DNA of 63,908 bases, counting the filler, from Pelomyxa schiedti (taxonomy: Eukaryota > Protista > Evosea), in the NCBI GenBank assembly GCA_020536535.1. It is 10 parts of 10 records of this genome, joined end to end, with 100 filler letters (N's around TTAATTAATTAA, not from the genome) between each part and the next. Parts side by side here need not be neighbours in the genome. Positions count along the whole stretch, not along the records: positions 52,737 to 62,706 come from JAHLWZ010001281.1; positions 62,807 to 63,908 come from JAHLWZ010002833.1; 8 more parts are not named here. One strand, given 5' to 3'. The first letter of the stretch is position 1, and each line of letters starts with the position of its first letter. A model generated the notes under the pieces. That model did no database searches, had not been told where the DNA came from, and was given only the letters and a program-made list of their open reading frames with translations. Made by a program: the position numbers and the translations under genes. Positions 61,014 through 63,908 of the stretch are shown here, one piece after another.

Positions 61014-62700
61014 CTATCCTCGCCGCTTGGTTTTCTTTGCTGCGGAGGTGGGTATTACTTTTCTCCTGGTTGGAACTGGCGATTCCTCCTCACTTGAGCT
61101 GCTGCTGCTCTCCGAGCTAGAATCACTGCTAGAACTTGAGGAGGAAGAAGATGATGGTATTGGAGGCTTTTTGACGGCACTTCGTTGATTCGCTCTTGCC
61201 GGTGGTTTTTTCGCGGTGGAGGGTGGTTGTTTCTTTGCTGTTGATGGTTGCTTTTTGGCTGCCGATGTTGGTGGCTTTTTAACTGTAGACGGCGGCTGTT
61301 TCTTTACAGTGGAGGCTGTTTTCTTTATGGTGGAGGCGGTTTGCCTTTTCGTTGCTGTGGGGGTTTGTTTGATTAATTTCGAGCGTGTGTTTGATTTCTT
61401 GAGTGTTTTTGGTGGTGATTCCTCTTCACTGCTGGAAGAAGAGGAGGACGAAGAGGAGAGGGAGGAAGACGAGGACGAGGAACTTGTTTCACTGTCACTG
61501 CTGTCACTTGAACTCAGGGATTTCTTTGATGTGACAGCTATGTTTTTACTGGTTCGAGCTCGTTTTGAAAGCGTGCCTGCCAGAGGTGCCAAAGACAATT
61601 GGGACAGAGTTTCTAGTGATGGTGGCCGTTTGTTTGTGGAAATTGGGGTGGGCTCCGGGGTATGCGGCGCTAGGAGAAGTGGAGTTGGGGTCATAGGTAC
61701 ATTCGTTCGTGACTTCTTCTTAGAAGGTTGCTGTTGGGGTAACTGCTGTTCAACGGCAATCGGCGTATTTGGTAATCTCTTCTTGGTATCGGAAGGCTTA
61801 TTAAGTACTTAAATATATTAGCACTGTGCAAAAAGTAGAAGAATATACCTTTGGATAGCGGGCTCTCCATTATCCTGATTGGGGTTCGTACATCCTTCTG
61901 AATAGCCGAGGTATTATGTATGATATGTGGCGACTCCGACGGTGGAGAACTCCTGTAAAAGAAGGTAAGTAGCGGAATGTGGAAAGGTAGAAAACCCTAA
62001 AGTTCTGAAAACCGCAGGAGAGCTTGTCACAGGTGAGGGGTGAATTGGATGTGGCCGGGCAGATGTGACTATTGGAGATGCTTGTAAATTGTGGGGAGTC
62101 AAGGGTAGCGCAGAAGCTGAAGGTGTGAAATCGGCTATGTCAGGGATGCTTATTGGAGATTCTTCCAAGTACTGTAGAGGAGCTAGATTCAAGGGCAGTA
62201 CAGGGGCTGAAGGTGTGAAATCGTTTTGTTCAGTGATCGTGTCAGCGAGGCTTGCTGCAGGGGAAATTGGTGTAACCAATGATGCTTTAATTGGTGTAGA
62301 TTGGGGGGTAAAAGAGAGAAATGATGGTAAAGATAAAGCCGGTTTTGGGGATGGCGGGGGTAAATCATGCAGTTGAGACAAGAAGGAAGGAAAAGTTGGT
62401 TGCTCCACATGGGGTTTGGGAGGCGCCACTGTTGGTGACACTTCTGTGAAAGGTACCACAGAGGGTTGGGCAGGCGTTACGATATGACAAGGAGGCAGTG
62501 ATAGATTGATATTCTGCAGCAAAAGGAGGCGCAGCAATTTATCTGGTTCACTTAGGACAAATACTAAAGTTTTGTTCTACCTTCTTCTTCGGAACTCTCT
62601 GTCTGAGAGGTGTAAAACTTCAGGGCTTGGTCTGTATTGCCATTGTGTATATAATAGGAAACAAGCTACAGTACTTAGAAATCGGGGGGGGGGGGGGGGG
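61014..62700 (-). CDS. Low-complexity Ser/Pro/Lys-rich hypothetical protein, multi-exon
   Basis: Pro-rich exon, poly-Ser tracts, KKxPSTA repeats. Confidence 0.45.
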
Positions 62701-62805
62701 GGGGAANNNNNNNNNNNNNNNNNNNNNNNNNNNNNNNNNNNNNNNNNNNNTTAATTAATTAANNNNNNNNNNNNNNNNNNNNNNNNNNNNNNNNNNNNNN
62801 NNNNN

Positions 62806-63165
62806 NCGGGCGACGTTGACGCTCTCCAGGTACAGATCCGGGCCCAGCCACCGGGCCCTCCCGGGCGCGTCGCGCACCGCCTCGACGCCGCGCGTGACCC
62901 CCAGCGTCGTGCCCGACACCGCGAGGCTGAAGGCGCCGGGGGGCCGGAAGCCCTCGGGCTCGACCACCAGCACGAACGCGGGCGCGACGGCCGGCCGGCC
63001 GGCGACCCACTCGGACCACAGGTGGCGGGCCAGCGGCGGCGCGAGGCTGCGCGCCGGGCTGAGCGCCCCGCACCGCGGGTGCGACGACGCCATCAACGCC
63101 GCGAACTGGTCCCGCGCCCAGACCGCGCCTTCGCCGACCGACACCACCGTGGGCTTGTCGTCCAT
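62806..63165 (-). CDS. HPRCG-family protein, 5' part
   Basis: ARDQFAALMASSHPRCGALSPARSLAPPLARHLWSEWV...LAVSGTTLGV. Confidence 0.8.
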
Positions 63166-63284
63166 CAGGGAATCGGTTCGAAAACGAACCGTTGCGCGTA
63201 TTTATTTTTTTATTTGGTTTACCAAATCTCAATTTCTTGGTTGATTGGGATGTACAAGCTGGTTGGTATGAATAGGCCTTTTTA

Positions 63285-63908
63285 TCAGCAACATGAACCG
63301 TTGTTTGATGAGTTTTGTGATACAGTGGATGATGATGTGGGCTCCTCAGCTTCTTTCAAGACCTTTATATCAGCAAGGAGAGCCATTATGGCTTCTTCCA
63401 CATTTATAGAGTCTTTTGACGATGTCTCCCTGGTTATGGTGTGTAAACAGTAAATTAGACAATAAAGCACACCAAAATTTGAGGGAGTTCGCTTCTGCAT
63501 ATACTTTGGCCTCACTGTAGTCCACCTGTCTACTGGTGGTGGCCAGGTCCAACTGTTATACAAATAGGCATATAGTTAGCGGGGGCTTTTATTGCAATGT
63601 GTGTATGAGATTATTAGTCCATGTTTCCCAAGAAAACAGGGGATATGAGTCTTTTGAAGCCAACCTTTGTGCCTACTAGTATCTTTGGAAGTGGTGTTGG
63701 ACAGAATATGTCTATTGAGCGCAACCATTCTGGAATATGGTGAAAGCTGGCTTTGTCAGTGATATCACTGTTGCTTGTTAGTGGTTAGTGGTTGGGATGG
63801 TCAACAAACGCACTATACTACAATATGGCCATTGCAACGCCAGTAATCTTGCAATGCAAAGCTAACATCAGGTAAATGTATTTGATTGTAAGAAAATGAC
63901 ATGATTTT
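63285..63908 (-). CDS. Rab-like small GTPase, 3' exons
   Basis: HIVVY|DITDKASFHHIPEWL...KILVGTK|LDLATTSRQVDYSEAKVYAEANSLKFW|ETSSKDSINVEEA...GSCC* (di-Cys prenylation motif). Confidence 0.85.

Overview
Eukaryotic, intron-rich, protist-like DNA made of about 10 unrelated contigs joined by artificial N-TTAATTAATTAA-N linkers, plus three 100-N gaps. The short GT-AG introns and expanded lineage-specific families suggest an amoebozoan such as Pelomyxa, but that is recall-based inference. Contents: an RPA-interacting protein, a bacterial-type M6 metalloprotease gene with an internal duplication (one dead and one intact catalytic unit), a decayed spliced piggyBac transposase next to a palindromic repeat array and a ParB-like gene, an F-box gene, an ankyrin/coiled-coil/TKL kinase, tandem Ty3/gypsy elements, many members of an expanded QF-x-AL...HPRCG family, two ankyrin-like families, Arf and Rab GTPases and a GATA factor. 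The standout is the 1.86-kb 'intron' of the ankyrin-kinase (25679-27535). It contains 19 candidate in-frame micro-exons (17 single codons, one 6-nt, one 9-nt), each flanked by AG and GT. Thirteen lie in a ~101-bp tandem repeat whose most variable site is that triplet. They map onto the D-x-x-G-x beta-hairpin missing from ankyrin repeat 2, suggesting codon-by-codon combinatorial splicing that diversifies a binding surface. All calls are from manual reading; no searches were run.
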